Source: a virus
Taxonomy: Duplodnaviria > Heunggongvirae > Uroviricota > Caudoviricetes
Length of the DNA stretch: 64,000 nucleotides
Reading direction: 5' to 3' (one strand)
IMG/VR virus record: IMGVR_UViG_2724679539_000005
Location: 12,292 to 76,291 of that record
Shown here: positions 9,479 through 18,428 of the stretch, piece by piece
Layout: each line of letters opens with the position of its first letter
How positions within the stretch are numbered: position 1 is the first letter of the stretch
Position numbers and translations under genes: made by a program
Notes under the pieces: generated by a model
Seen by the model: only the letters and a program-made list of their open reading frames with translations
Databases searched by the model: none
Told to the model about the DNA's origin: nothing

Positions 9479-10036
9479 TCATGCAGCCTCCCGACGGGCA
9501 AGAATCCTTGAGCCGAACGCCATCAACTCTCCACGATCAACGGTCGTAAAGTGGCAGTGTGTACGGGGATATGGGTGCCAGATAATGAGCATCGAGCCTT
9601 TATTATTTCCACTGACGGGTTTCCCGGTGAGTGGGTTAATAAATGCCAGTCGTCCTGCCGTGATGAATCTGACCTCACTGGCGGTTTGTATCGCTTCATG
9701 AAACCATCCGACAGACGTGTCAGCAGGCAATAACATTACACATCCCACACTACTGAATTTGTTTTCAGTGGCTGCCTTTTTAACAAAAGGGGAAATATTG
9801 CTGTATGGTGGATTCAGCCAGACATAACCAGAGGCATATCCCATTGCTTCAGGCCATGAAGTGGTTAATGTGTTCTGCTCCTGTGAGATAAAAAGCCGAC
9901 ATAGTCGGTTTTTTTCACTGGCTGCAGCATCAAGTTGAAAAACGAACTCTGCATTAAGCGCAGCAAAAATCTCTGGTGGTGTGCACCAGCTGTCGCGATG
10001 TTCTGCAGGAGTATTGCTTCCGGTGAAATCAGTCAT
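9479..10036 (-). CDS. phage DNA N6-adenine methyltransferase
   Basis: Motifs WCTPPEIF and NPPY (WLNPPYS) characteristic of the phage Dam methyltransferase family. Confidence 0.8.
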   Translation of the reverse strand: MTDFTGSNTPAEHRDSWCTPPEIFAALNAEFVFQLDAAASEKNRLCRLFISQEQNTLTTSWPEAMGYASGYVWLNPPYSNISPFVKKAATENKFSSVGCVMLLPADTSVGWFHEAIQTASEVRFITAGRLAFINPLTGKPVSGNNKGSMLIIWHPYPRTHCHFTTVDRGELMAFGSRILARREAA

Positions 10037-10187
10037 ACAGCCCCCCGTTTATTATTTATCTCCTCAGCCAGCCGCTGGGCTTTCAGTGGATTTCGGATAA
10101 CAGAAAGGCCGGGAAATACACAGCCTCGCTTTGTAACGGAGTAGACGAAAGTGATCGCGCCTACCCGGATATTATCGTGAGTATGCT

Positions 10188-10868
10188 TCATCGCCATTGC
10201 TCCCCAAATACAAAACCAATTTCAGCCAGTGCCTCGTCCATTTTTTCGATGAACTCCGGCACCATCTCGTCAAAACTCGCCATGTACTTTTCATCCCGCT
10301 CAACCACGACATAATGCAGGCCTTCACGCTTCATTCGCGGGTCATAGTTGGCAAAGTACCAGGCATCTTTTCGCGTCACCCACATGCTGTACTGCACCTG
10401 GGCCATGTAAGCCGACTTTATGGCCTCGAAACCACCGAGCCGGAATTTCATGAAATCCCGGGAGGTAAACGGGCATTTCAGTTCAAGGCCGTTGCCATCA
10501 CTGCATAAACCATCTGGAGAGCAGGCGGTACGCATACTTTCGTCGCGATAGATGATCGGGGATTCAGTAACATTCACGCCGGAAGTAAACTCAAACAGGG
10601 CCCTGGCGTCGTTCTCGTACTGTTTTCCCCAGGCCAGCGCCTTAGCATTAACTTCCGGAGCCACACCGGTGCAAACCTCAGCCAGCAGGGTGTGGAAGTA
10701 GGACATTTTCATGTCAGGCCACTTCTTTCCTGAGCGGGGCTTTGCTATCACATTGTGAACTTCTGAAGCGGTGATGACGCCGAGCCGTAATTTGTGCCAT
10801 GCATCATCCCCCTGTTCGACAGCTCTCACGTCGATCCCGGTACGCTGCAGTATAATGTCCGGTGTCAT
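10188..10868 (-). CDS. YqaJ-like viral recombinase-associated exonuclease
   Basis: 226 aa; N-terminal pattern ...[17 protein letters not shown]... typical of the YqaJ family; adjacent to recT. Confidence 0.75.
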   Translation of the reverse strand: MTPDIILQRTGIDVRAVEQGDDAWHKLRLGVITASEVHNVIAKPRSGKKWPDMKMSYFHTLLAEVCTGVAPEVNAKALAWGKQYENDARALFEFTSGVNVTESPIIYRDESMRTACSPDGLCSDGNGLELKCPFTSRDFMKFRLGGFEAIKSAYMAQVQYSMWVTRKDAWYFANYDPRMKREGLHYVVVERDEKYMASFDEMVPEFIEKMDEALAEIGFVFGEQWR

Positions 10869-11650
10869 GCTGCCACCTTCTGCTCAGTGGCTTTCTGTTT
10901 CAGGAATCCAAGAGCTTTCACTGCTTCGGCCTGTGTCAGTTCTGACGATGCGCGAATGTCGCGGCGAAATATCTGGGAACAGAGCGGCAATAAGTCGTCA
11001 TCCCATGTTTTATCCAGGGCAATCAGCAGAGTGTTAATCTCCTGCATGGTTTCATCGTTAACCGGAGTGATGTCGCGTTCCGGCTGACGTTCTGCAGTGT
11101 ATGCGGTATTTTCGACAATGCGCTCGGCTTCATCCTTGTCATAGATACCAGCAAATCCGAAGGCCAGACGGGCACACTGAATCATGGCTTTATGCCGTAA
11201 CATCCGTTTGGGATGCGACTGCCACGGCCCCGTAATTTCTCTGCCTTCGCGGGTTTTGAATGGTTCGCGGCGGCATTCATCCATCCACTCGGTAACGCAG
11301 ATCGGATGATTGCGGTCCTTGCGGTAAATCCGGCATGTACAGGATTCGTTGTCCTGCTCAAAGTCCATGCCATCAAACTGCTGGTTTTCATTGATGATGC
11401 GGGACCAGCCATCAACGCCCACCACCGGAACGATGCCATTCTGCTTATCAGGAAAGGCGTAAATTTCTTTCGTCCATGGATTAAGGCCGTACTGGTTGGC
11501 AACGATCAGTAATGCGATGAACTGCGCATCGCTGGCATCACCTTTAAATGCCGTCTGGCGAAGAGTGGTGATCAGTTCCTGTGGGTCGACAGAATCCATG
11601 CCGACACGTTCAGCCAGCTTCCCTGCCAGCGTTGCGAGTGCTGTACTCAT
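10865..11650 (-). CDS. recT: RecT-family single-strand annealing recombinase
   Basis: 261 aa with RecT-like core; overlaps the start of the downstream exonuclease gene (coupling). Confidence 0.8.
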   Translation of the reverse strand: MSTALATLAGKLAERVGMDSVDPQELITTLRQTAFKGDASDAQFIALLIVANQYGLNPWTKEIYAFPDKQNGIVPVVGVDGWSRIINENQQFDGMDFEQDNESCTCRIYRKDRNHPICVTEWMDECRREPFKTREGREITGPWQSHPKRMLRHKAMIQCARLAFGFAGIYDKDEAERIVENTAYTAERQPERDITPVNDETMQEINTLLIALDKTWDDDLLPLCSQIFRRDIRASSELTQAEAVKALGFLKQKATEQKVAA

Positions 11651-11655
11651 CCGTT

Positions 11656-11952
11656 TTATACCTCTGAATCAATATCAACCTGGTGGTGAGCAATGGTTTC
11701 AACCATGTACTGGATGTGTTCTGCCATGCGCTCCTGAAACTCAACATCGTCATCAAACGCACGGGTAATGGCTTTTTTGCTGGCCCCGTGGCGTTGCAAA
11801 TGATCGATGCATAGCGATTCAAACAGGTGCTGGGGCAGGCCTTTTTCCATGTCGTCTGCCAGTTCTGCCTCTTTCTCTTCACGGGCGATCTGCTGGTAGT
11901 GACGCGCCCAGCTCTGAGCCTCAAGACGATCCTGAATGTAATAAGCGTTCAT
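11656..11952 (-). CDS. gam: Gam-like host-nuclease (RecBCD) inhibitor
   Basis: 98 aa, [21 protein letters not shown]...[10 protein letters not shown]; near-identical to lambda Gam (short form) as recalled. Confidence 0.9.
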   Translation of the reverse strand: MNAYYIQDRLEAQSWARHYQQIAREEKEAELADDMEKGLPQHLFESLCIDHLQRHGASKKAITRAFDDDVEFQERMAEHIQYMVETIAHHQVDIDSEV

Positions 11953-12027
11953 GGCTGACCTCCTGAAAATGGCTGTGAAAATATCGCCCGCGAAATGCCA
12001 GGCTGATTAGGAAAACAGGAAAGGGGA

Positions 12028-12438
12028 TTAGTGATTCAGGCCGTTACCGCGTCCGTCGAGAAAAACTTCCACGAGCAAATCACGGGTATAAGTGCGCTCG
12101 ATGCCGCGATGCAGATAAAGCCGTCCGCGTAAATTAGCTGATGCAGTCCAGGTACCATCTTTGTGTTTGACCAGCATTCCTGGCATGACCGCACCTCGAT
12201 TAACGGTCTGCGTTCCATAATGTTGATGAACCATAAAAACTCCTGCCCGTAAGCTGGGCTGCTGAACATATAGAGACTTCTGCGCGTATTCAGGCGGTGG
12301 ATGGCCGCCGGTTGTCATAACTAAGCCGCCTCGTTGAAGCGACTGAGGTATGAGGTGTTGAGTTGATTTCAGCTGGTCACACCGACGTTCACGCGTCCGT
12401 TTCACCCCTCGCACTCCCCGGAGCCTGCCGAAATTCAA
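12028..12438 (-). CDS. hypothetical early-left protein with Arg-rich N-terminus (possible N-like antiterminator or Kil-position gene)
   Basis: First ORF downstream of the putative OL/PL; N-terminal [10 protein letters not shown] motif resembles an arginine-rich RNA-binding motif. Assignment not established. Confidence 0.3.
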   Translation of the reverse strand: MNFGRLRGVRGVKRTRERRCDQLKSTQHLIPQSLQRGGLVMTTGGHPPPEYAQKSLYVQQPSLRAGVFMVHQHYGTQTVNRGAVMPGMLVKHKDGTWTASANLRGRLYLHRGIERTYTRDLLVEVFLDGRGNGLNH

Positions 12439-12499
12439 GCTGCGGATCTAAGCGGTCATCGCAACGGTGAATCAGGCGGTTGCCGTATCGTTGTGTTGT

Positions 12500-12640
12500 T
12501 GCGACATGGTAATAATAGCTATTGCTATTGGTGGTATCAATACTTATTGCTATTGATTGATGTGTTTTGATATTAACTGTTTGATAGCAAAAAGAATTAA
12601 TTTTGTGACTTGCATCGCATAGCGATAACTGAAGGGAGGT
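12500..12640 (-). promoter_or_regulatory. putative OL/PL operator-promoter region
   Basis: Repeated TTGCTATTGATTG-like half-sites (12516-12558) that match copies in the cI-cro intergenic region (15197-15233). Confidence 0.5.
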
Positions 12641-12679
12641 TGTGGTGGTTTTTCGAACGGTTTGTGTGATGAGGGGAGG

Positions 12680-12707
12680 GGACAAAAGAAAACCCGGCAC
12701 GGTGGCC
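12680..12707 (-). terminator. rho-independent terminator closing the cI-kinase operon (minus strand)
   Basis: On the minus strand: GC stem CCCGGC/GCCGGG followed by a T-run (TTTTCTTTT). Confidence 0.5.
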
Positions 12708-12710
12708 GGG

Positions 12711-12874
12711 CTAGATCTTAAAGTATTTATCTTTTAGAGATGTAGATGCAAAATTTTTTGCCTTTGAAAATTTTTTGTCATCAGAAGAGCTTATGAACTC
12801 ATCTTTTTTGTAGGGAACCGCTAATGCTGCATCACGTCTGCGAGGCAGCTTACTTACTTCCTCGCACTTTTTCA
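12711..12874 (-). CDS. hypothetical small basic protein (54 aa) downstream of the kinase
   Basis: ATG 4 bp after the kinase stop; ends just before the terminator; below the 60-aa track cutoff. Confidence 0.3.
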
Positions 12875-12877
12875 TGA

Positions 12878-13924
12878 TCAGTTATCCTTTAATAACCTAT
12901 ACAGTTTTGTAGGGGTACATCCTGAGGATATTGTTAAGTTCGTAGCACGCCTTTTCCGCCCACCATCGTATAAACGAAAACCAGTAGTAGACGAATTTTC
13001 TGCGTCAAAAACTATAGACAGTATAACGTCCCCAGACTTTTTTTGCCATTCATATGTGCCGTTAGTTGGTTTTGTCATCTGTAGACGCCAGTCAAGAACG
13101 CCATCACTTATAGCTGAGAGATCGTTTAGTACGTCTAGTACGGATTGATATCTTTCATTTGGATCTACATGAATGCATTTGTTTACTATTGTTATCAATT
13201 TTTTATGTATGTGGGAAGGATACTCTTTTAATGGATAGGAGCCATTAATTATCGACTCTCTGAGTTGTTCAATCGTTCTAAATGCAGATCTTTCTCTTTC
13301 AAAATTATCATATCCAACACACATTCTATATATGGTTAATCCTGCCTGATATATGTCATATGTGAAATTATAATCATTTGTTGATAAAGAAAAATATTCC
13401 GGTGGCACATGAAAATGATATCCAAACTCAGGCGCAGCTCTCGATTCCTCATTGACTAACTGAGACAATCCAAAGTCAGATAGCATGGCCTCATTTCTGT
13501 TTGATATCATGATGTTATTAGGTTTTATATCAAAATGCATAAGACCTTTTGAGTGTATATGATAAAGCCCACTTAAAAATTGAATAGAATACCGTATTAT
13601 CTCCCTGCTCGTAAGATTAATCTTTTTTATTAATTGGTTTAGCGAACCATTATGATAAAATGGCATGGCTATATAGATATTGCTCTCACATTGAGCAGCA
13701 TACTGAACTTGCACAATATTTGGATGTGCATGTTTATAGAGAAGCCTTGCTTCATTAAAGTAGTCGTCGTGGTTAGTGTTTTCTTTTTTTTCTATTTCTT
13801 TAATCACCAAGTCATGAGCTAGGTGTCTGTCATGAGCCAGATATACTTTTGAAAAACAACCCTGTTCTTCTAGATCACGAATCCATTCGAATGCTACATC
13901 AGCTCTTTTGTATGGAGTCAGCAT
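12878..13924 (-). CDS. eukaryotic-like Ser/Thr protein kinase (348 aa)
   Basis: Kinase motifs: VIK (beta3 Lys), HFDIKPNN (catalytic loop), DFG, PPE; very AT-rich. Confidence 0.85.
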   Translation of the reverse strand: MLTPYKRADVAFEWIRDLEEQGCFSKVYLAHDRHLAHDLVIKEIEKKENTNHDDYFNEARLLYKHAHPNIVQVQYAAQCESNIYIAMPFYHNGSLNQLIKKINLTSREIIRYSIQFLSGLYHIHSKGLMHFDIKPNNIMISNRNEAMLSDFGLSQLVNEESRAAPEFGYHFHVPPEYFSLSTNDYNFTYDIYQAGLTIYRMCVGYDNFERERSAFRTIEQLRESIINGSYPLKEYPSHIHKKLITIVNKCIHVDPNERYQSVLDVLNDLSAISDGVLDWRLQMTKPTNGTYEWQKKSGDVILSIVFDAENSSTTGFRLYDGGRKRRATNLTISSGCTPTKLYRLLKDN

Positions 13925-14379
13925 CCCCTTACCTCCGCAGATAGTGCAGCCAAAACAGCTTCATTTGTTTCAGTTGTAAAACCAGAATTATCGATTCCAT
14001 TTATATTACGGTGTGACTTCAATATTTCTTTATACTCGATCTCTGTTAGGTTCAATGATGACTTCATACCAGATTTTCTAATGGTGTAATATCTTCTTAC
14101 ATCACTGCTTGAAAATGCTTCTTGAATAACAGCTTCTATATAAAGGCGGTCAATGCTAAGATTATCAGAGTTTGATTCAGTAACGCGTATAGCAGCTAAT
14201 TCAACATTATATAAATTAAGAATGTCGAGGATGTTATTTCGCACATACTTTAATTTTTCTGGTGTGTCTAAGGTCGAAGGTATTTTAATAACATCAACAC
14301 ATTTGAGTGCAGACTCATCAGTGCAATATACAACAAAAGATGTAACTTTGGGCGCCGCCCTAACACCTAGTATTCTCAT
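13918..14379 (-). CDS. hypothetical protein (153 aa) co-transcribed upstream of the kinase; N-terminus resembles a RuvC/YqgF-like RNase H fold with the catalytic Asp replaced
   Basis: MRILGVRAAPKVTSFVV resembles the RuvC N-terminus (ILGIDPG..TG); overlaps the kinase start by 7 nt. Confidence 0.5.
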   Translation of the reverse strand: MRILGVRAAPKVTSFVVYCTDESALKCVDVIKIPSTLDTPEKLKYVRNNILDILNLYNVELAAIRVTESNSDNLSIDRLYIEAVIQEAFSSSDVRRYYTIRKSGMKSSLNLTEIEYKEILKSHRNINGIDNSGFTTETNEAVLAALSAEVRGC

Positions 14380-14459
14380 TTTTTATATCCCATTTTAGAA
14401 TCAGGCTGCGTTTCTGCAGCCTCTCTCATCACCCAAATGTCTAATCAGGCTATTATTGA

Positions 14460-15188
14460 TTATCCATGTTTCCTGTATGTTTGCGGCATGCTCCCAATAA
14501 CTTTCCCGAAGATAAACACCCGGTTCATCTCGTCTTTCTCGATTGGGTCCCACGGTGAGTAGCTCTTGTTATCAGAGATAACCAGCAGTTTATCCTTCAT
14601 CATTTGCAGGCGCTTAACATGGGCTGTGTCGTCATACAGAAACGCATAGATACCATCACCGTCGAAAGATTTAACAGTGATATCAACGAACAGAAGATCA
14701 CCTGGTTCGATCGTTCCTGACATGCTGTCACCGCGTACGTTAATGATGCGGATATTTTCTGCCTTCCTGCCATCGAACATGTGACGAGCATCGTCAAACG
14801 AGTACTCAACCGAGCGTAGAACTTCTACAAACTCACGGTTGATGACTCCCGGCCCGGCACTCACTTCTATATCAAGAACGTCAATCTTGAAGTATTTGGG
14901 ATGGTTGGCAGCAGGCTTCCCTGATTGTTGACCGTCATTTCTCATCGGGCCTATGCCTGATGAGAGCCACTCTGTTCGAACACCCAATGCATTAGCTATT
15001 TCAACAATTTTTGTTGAGCCGCGTGCGTTGCCGCTTGTCAGTCTCCAGATTGTGGGTTGAGCTACGCCAGACGCCTTTGCAAGAGCGCCTTGAGACATTC
15101 CAGATTGTTCCATCGCTAGGTTTAAGCGATCAGCAAGAGTTTCTTTTTTCATAAGTTTTAATTTATACGCTTGCGTATTGATGGTCAA
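14460..15188 (-). CDS. cI: CI-type prophage repressor (HTH plus S24 LexA-like peptidase domain)
   Basis: N-terminal HTH (MSQGALAKASGVAQPTIWRL), C-terminal VRGDSM...GDLLFVD...KRL autocleavage domain; true start may be Met13 (15152). Confidence 0.85.
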   Translation of the reverse strand: MTINTQAYKLKLMKKETLADRLNLAMEQSGMSQGALAKASGVAQPTIWRLTSGNARGSTKIVEIANALGVRTEWLSSGIGPMRNDGQQSGKPAANHPKYFKIDVLDIEVSAGPGVINREFVEVLRSVEYSFDDARHMFDGRKAENIRIINVRGDSMSGTIEPGDLLFVDITVKSFDGDGIYAFLYDDTAHVKRLQMMKDKLLVISDNKSYSPWDPIEKDEMNRVFIFGKVIGSMPQTYRKHG

Positions 15189-15256
15189 AACACGTTTTGC
15201 TATTGATTGGGTTAATACGCATTGCTATTATCCATTCATTGTAATACCAATAGGAA
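15150..15256. promoter_or_regulatory. putative OR/PR-PRM operator region between cI and cro
   Basis: Divergent cI/cro intergenic region with TTGCTATTGATTG and CATTGCTATTA repeats and an ATACGC..GCGTAT inverted repeat. Confidence 0.5.
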
Positions 15257-15490
15257 TTGATAATGACAAATCAAACCATTCAACTCGCAATCAGTATTAC
15301 AGGTAGTCAAAAACGACTGGCAGATCTATGCGGTGTAGCCCAGCCCACTGTTTGGCGTTGGCTACACGGTGGCGGAATTGATGCCCGCTATGTAATGAAA
15401 ATTGTCTCAGCCACTGGTGGAAAGATTAAACCAGCAGATATTCGTCCCGACCTTGCACCATTGTTTAACGCGAGTAATTCTGCCGCCTAA
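15257..15490 (+). CDS. cro: Cro/YdaS-like HTH regulator
   Basis: 77 aa, HTH (SQKRLADLCGVAQPTVWRWL); divergent from cI. Confidence 0.7.
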   Translation: MIMTNQTIQLAISITGSQKRLADLCGVAQPTVWRWLHGGGIDARYVMKIVSATGGKIKPADIRPDLAPLFNASNSAA

Positions 15491-15514
15491 ACTGCGGCGT
15501 TAACTGATAAGGCA

Positions 15515-16060
15515 ATGATTATGCAACCACTTACATACCAACAGACTAGCGGATTTAGCCCGACTGCGGTGATAAATCGTTCTCAAATAAAACAGGTGCC
15601 AGGCCACGAAAAAATCCGTGATGCCGTTCGCGCCTGGTCGGCTGCAGATAATCAGGATGTTGTTGCCGCACTCATTGTGAATGAGTATCGGGAGCAGGGC
15701 GGCGGCACCATCGATTTCCCTGATGATGTCAGCCGTGCACGCCAGAAGCTGTTCCGCTTCCTCGATAACAAATTCGATTCTGAAAAATACCGAAATAACG
15801 TGCGTGAACTGACCCCGGCAATTCTGGCGGTACTACCGCTGGAATATCGCGGCCACCTGGTTGAGCAGGATAGCTTCATGGCTCGGCTGGCTGAAATGGA
15901 AAAGGAACTCTGTGAGGCAAAGCAGGCGGTCATTCTCAACGCACCACGCCACCAGAAACTGAAGGAGATGAGTGAAGGTATTGTGTCGATGTTTCGTGTG
16001 GACCCGGATCTGGCTGGTCCATTGATGGCGATGGTCACCACCATGCTGGGGGCAATATGA
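15515..16060 (+). CDS. YdaT-like protein (functional CII-position gene)
   Basis: Motifs EYREQGGG and LTPAILAVLPLEYRGHL resemble Rac YdaT as recalled. Confidence 0.55.
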   Translation: MIMQPLTYQQTSGFSPTAVINRSQIKQVPGHEKIRDAVRAWSAADNQDVVAALIVNEYREQGGGTIDFPDDVSRARQKLFRFLDNKFDSEKYRNNVRELTPAILAVLPLEYRGHLVEQDSFMARLAEMEKELCEAKQAVILNAPRHQKLKEMSEGIVSMFRVDPDLAGPLMAMVTTMLGAI

Positions 16061-16146
16061 CAGGTTCAGAAATGGCGAAAGCCGGTCTGCGGGAACAGAG
16101 CCGACTTTCAGGTGCAAATCGTAACGCACTCATTGCGGGAGGAATT

Positions 16147-17076
16147 ATGGCAAACACTGCTGAGATATTCAATTTTCCAGTGCCGGATGTGGCACAAAAG
16201 GAGCCGCGCGTGGCAGATCTTGATGATGGTTATACGCGCATTGCTAATGAGTTGCTGGAAGCTGTGATGCTGGCGGGATTAACACAGCACCAGCTTCTGG
16301 TCTTCCTGGCTGTCATGCGCAAAACATATGGCTTTAATAAAAAACTGGATTGGGTGAGCAACGAGCAACTTTCCGAATTGACCGGGATATTGCCGCACAA
16401 GTGTTCTGCTGCAAAAAGTGTTCTGGTAAAGCGTGGGATTTTAATTCAGAGCGGGCGGAATATCGGCATTAATAATGTGGTCAGTGAATGGTCAACATTA
16501 CCCGAATCAGGTAAGAAAAATAAAGTTTACCTGAAAGAGGTAAATTTACCTGAATCAGGTAAGAAAAGTTTACCCAAATCAGGTAAAGGCGTTTACCCGA
16601 ATCAGGTAAACACAAAAGACAAACTAACAAAAGAAAATATAAAACCTTTTTCGTCCGAGAATTCTGGCGAATCCTCTGACCAGCCAGAAAACGACTTTCC
16701 TTTGGAGAAACTGGATGCTGCAATTCAGAGCGGCAGCAAGTGGGGGACAGCAGAAGACCTGACCGCCGCAGAGTGGATGTTTGACATGGTGAAGACCATC
16801 GCGCCCTCAGCCAGAAAACCGAATTTTGCAGGGTGGGCTAACGATATCCGCCTGATGCGTGAACGTGACGGACGTAACCACCGCGACATGTGCGTGCTGT
16901 TCCGCTGGGCATGCCAGGACAACTTCTGGTCCGGTAACGTGCTGAGTCCGGCCAAACTCCGCGACAAGTGGACCCAACTCGAAATCAACCGTAACAAGCA
17001 ACAGGCTGGCGTGACAACCGGAAAATCAAAACTCGACCTGACAAACACTGACTGGATTTACGGGGTGGATTTATGA
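16147..17076 (+). CDS. O: replication initiator O (lambda O-like)
   Basis: N-terminal ...RVADLDDGYTRIAN...RKTYGFNK... resembles lambda O; iterons lie inside the gene. Track ORF begins at 16057; Met at 16147 is the likely start. Confidence 0.85.
   Translation: MANTAEIFNFPVPDVAQKEPRVADLDDGYTRIANELLEAVMLAGLTQHQLLVFLAVMRKTYGFNKKLDWVSNEQLSELTGILPHKCSAAKSVLVKRGILIQSGRNIGINNVVSEWSTLPESGKKNKVYLKEVNLPESGKKSLPKSGKGVYPNQVNTKDKLTKENIKPFSSENSGESSDQPENDFPLEKLDAAIQSGSKWGTAEDLTAAEWMFDMVKTIAPSARKPNFAGWANDIRLMRERDGRNHRDMCVLFRWACQDNFWSGNVLSPAKLRDKWTQLEINRNKQQAGVTTGKSKLDLTNTDWIYGVDL
16498..16610. repeat. origin iterons inside the O gene (4-5 copies of about 19 bp, TTTACCCGAATCAGGTAAA-like)
   Basis: Direct repeats TTACCCGAATCAGGTAAG / TTTACCTGAATCAGGTAAG / TTTACCCAAATCAGGTAAA / TTTACCCGAATCAGGTAAA. 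Confidence 0.8.
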
Positions 17077-17774
17077 AAAACATCGCCGCACAGATGGTTA
17101 ACTTTGACCGTGAGCAGATGCGCCGGATCGCCAACAACATGCCGGAACAGTACGACGAAAAGCCGCAGGTACAGCAGGTAGCGCAGATCATCAACGGTGT
17201 GTTCAGCCAGTTACTGGCAACTTTCCCGGCGAGCCTGGCTAATCGTGACCAGAACGAACTGAACGAAATCCGCCGCCAGTGGGTTCTGGCTTTCCGGGAA
17301 AACGGGATCACCACGATGGAACAGGTTAACGCAGGAATGCGCGTAGCCCGTCGGCAGAATCGACCATTCCTGCCATCACCCGGGCAGTTTGTTGCCTGGT
17401 GCCGGGAAGAAGCATCCGTTACCGCCGGGCTGCCAAACGCCAGCGAGCTGGTTGATATGGTTTACGAGTATTGCCGGAAACGTGGCCTGTATCCAGATGC
17501 AGAGTCTTATCCGTGGAAATCAAACGCGCACTACTGGCTGGTTACCAACCTGTATCAGAACATGCGGGCCAATGCGCTGACTGATGCGGAATTACGGCGC
17601 AAGGCTGCCGATGAACTGGCCTGTATGACAGCGCGAATTAACCGTGGTGAGGCGATACCTGAACCAGTAAAACAACTTCCTGTCATGGGCGGGAGACCGC
17701 TTAATCGTGTTCAGGCTCTGGCGAAGATCGCAGAAATCAAAGCGAAGTTTGGGCTGAAAGGAGCAAGTGTATGA
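17073..17774 (+). CDS. P: replication protein P (DnaB helicase loader)
   Basis: 233 aa, near-identical to lambda P as recalled (MKNIAAQMVNFDREQMRRIANNMPEQYDEKPQ...). Confidence 0.95.
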   Translation: MKNIAAQMVNFDREQMRRIANNMPEQYDEKPQVQQVAQIINGVFSQLLATFPASLANRDQNELNEIRRQWVLAFRENGITTMEQVNAGMRVARRQNRPFLPSPGQFVAWCREEASVTAGLPNASELVDMVYEYCRKRGLYPDAESYPWKSNAHYWLVTNLYQNMRANALTDAELRRKAADELACMTARINRGEAIPEPVKQLPVMGGRPLNRVQALAKIAEIKAKFGLKGASV

Positions 17775-18058
17775 CGGGCAAAGAGGCAATTATTCATTAC
17801 CTGGGGACTCATAAGAACTTCTGTGCGCAGGACGTTGCCGCGGTAACAGGCGCAACCGTAACCAGCATAAATCAGGCTGCGGCTAAAATGGCGCGGTCAG
17901 GAATCCTGGTCGTTGATGGTAAGGTCTGGCGAACGGTGTATTACCGGTTCGCTACCAGAGAAGAACGGGAAGGAAAGGTGAGCACGAATCTGATTTTTAA
18001 GGAGTGTCGTCAAAGTGCCGCGATGAAGCGGGTGTTGGCTTTATATGGAAGAGAGTAG
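17771..18058 (+). CDS. ren: Ren protein
   Basis: 95 aa, MTGKEAIIHYLGTH... close to lambda Ren as recalled; start overlaps the P stop. Confidence 0.9.
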   Translation: MTGKEAIIHYLGTHKNFCAQDVAAVTGATVTSINQAAAKMARSGILVVDGKVWRTVYYRFATREEREGKVSTNLIFKECRQSAAMKRVLALYGRE

Positions 18059-18122
18059 GTATGAGCAATTATTGTTACTAATTTTAGTTTTACGACATTC
18101 GTGATAACTAAATAATTGATGT

Positions 18123-18377
18123 GTGGAACTGAATTATAAAGGGGATGATGTTTTGGGAAATAAAGAAAATATCGATTGTAAGCACACAAGAAGCTCATGC
18201 TATAAAAACAAGCAGATGAAAGATGTTATTTATATTACATTGCCTAAACTCACTGAAGAAGAAGTAGAAATTTTTAAGGGACCAATGCATAAAGCATTGC
18301 TTGCAGGGATAAATGTTACAAAAAAGGCAGTTTCTGATGCCCTGCTAAACAAAGGGATAAAAGTTGAATTTAAATAG
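18123..18377 (+). CDS. hypothetical protein (84 aa), AT-rich, convergent with the 472-aa gene
   Basis: ORF with Lys-rich composition; no family recognised. Confidence 0.35.
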   Translation: MELNYKGDDVLGNKENIDCKHTRSSCYKNKQMKDVIYITLPKLTEEEVEIFKGPMHKALLAGINVTKKAVSDALLNKGIKVEFK

Positions 18378-18428
18378 AGTAATTCAGTGGCAACAATAGC
18401 ACTCATTTGTGAGTGCTATTGAAATTTA

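Noticed and set aside
12389-12700. 103-aa minus-strand ORF across the operator-repeat region
   Set aside because: It spans the OL/PL-like repeat region and terminator, with low-complexity translation (Thr/Ser runs); likely non-coding.
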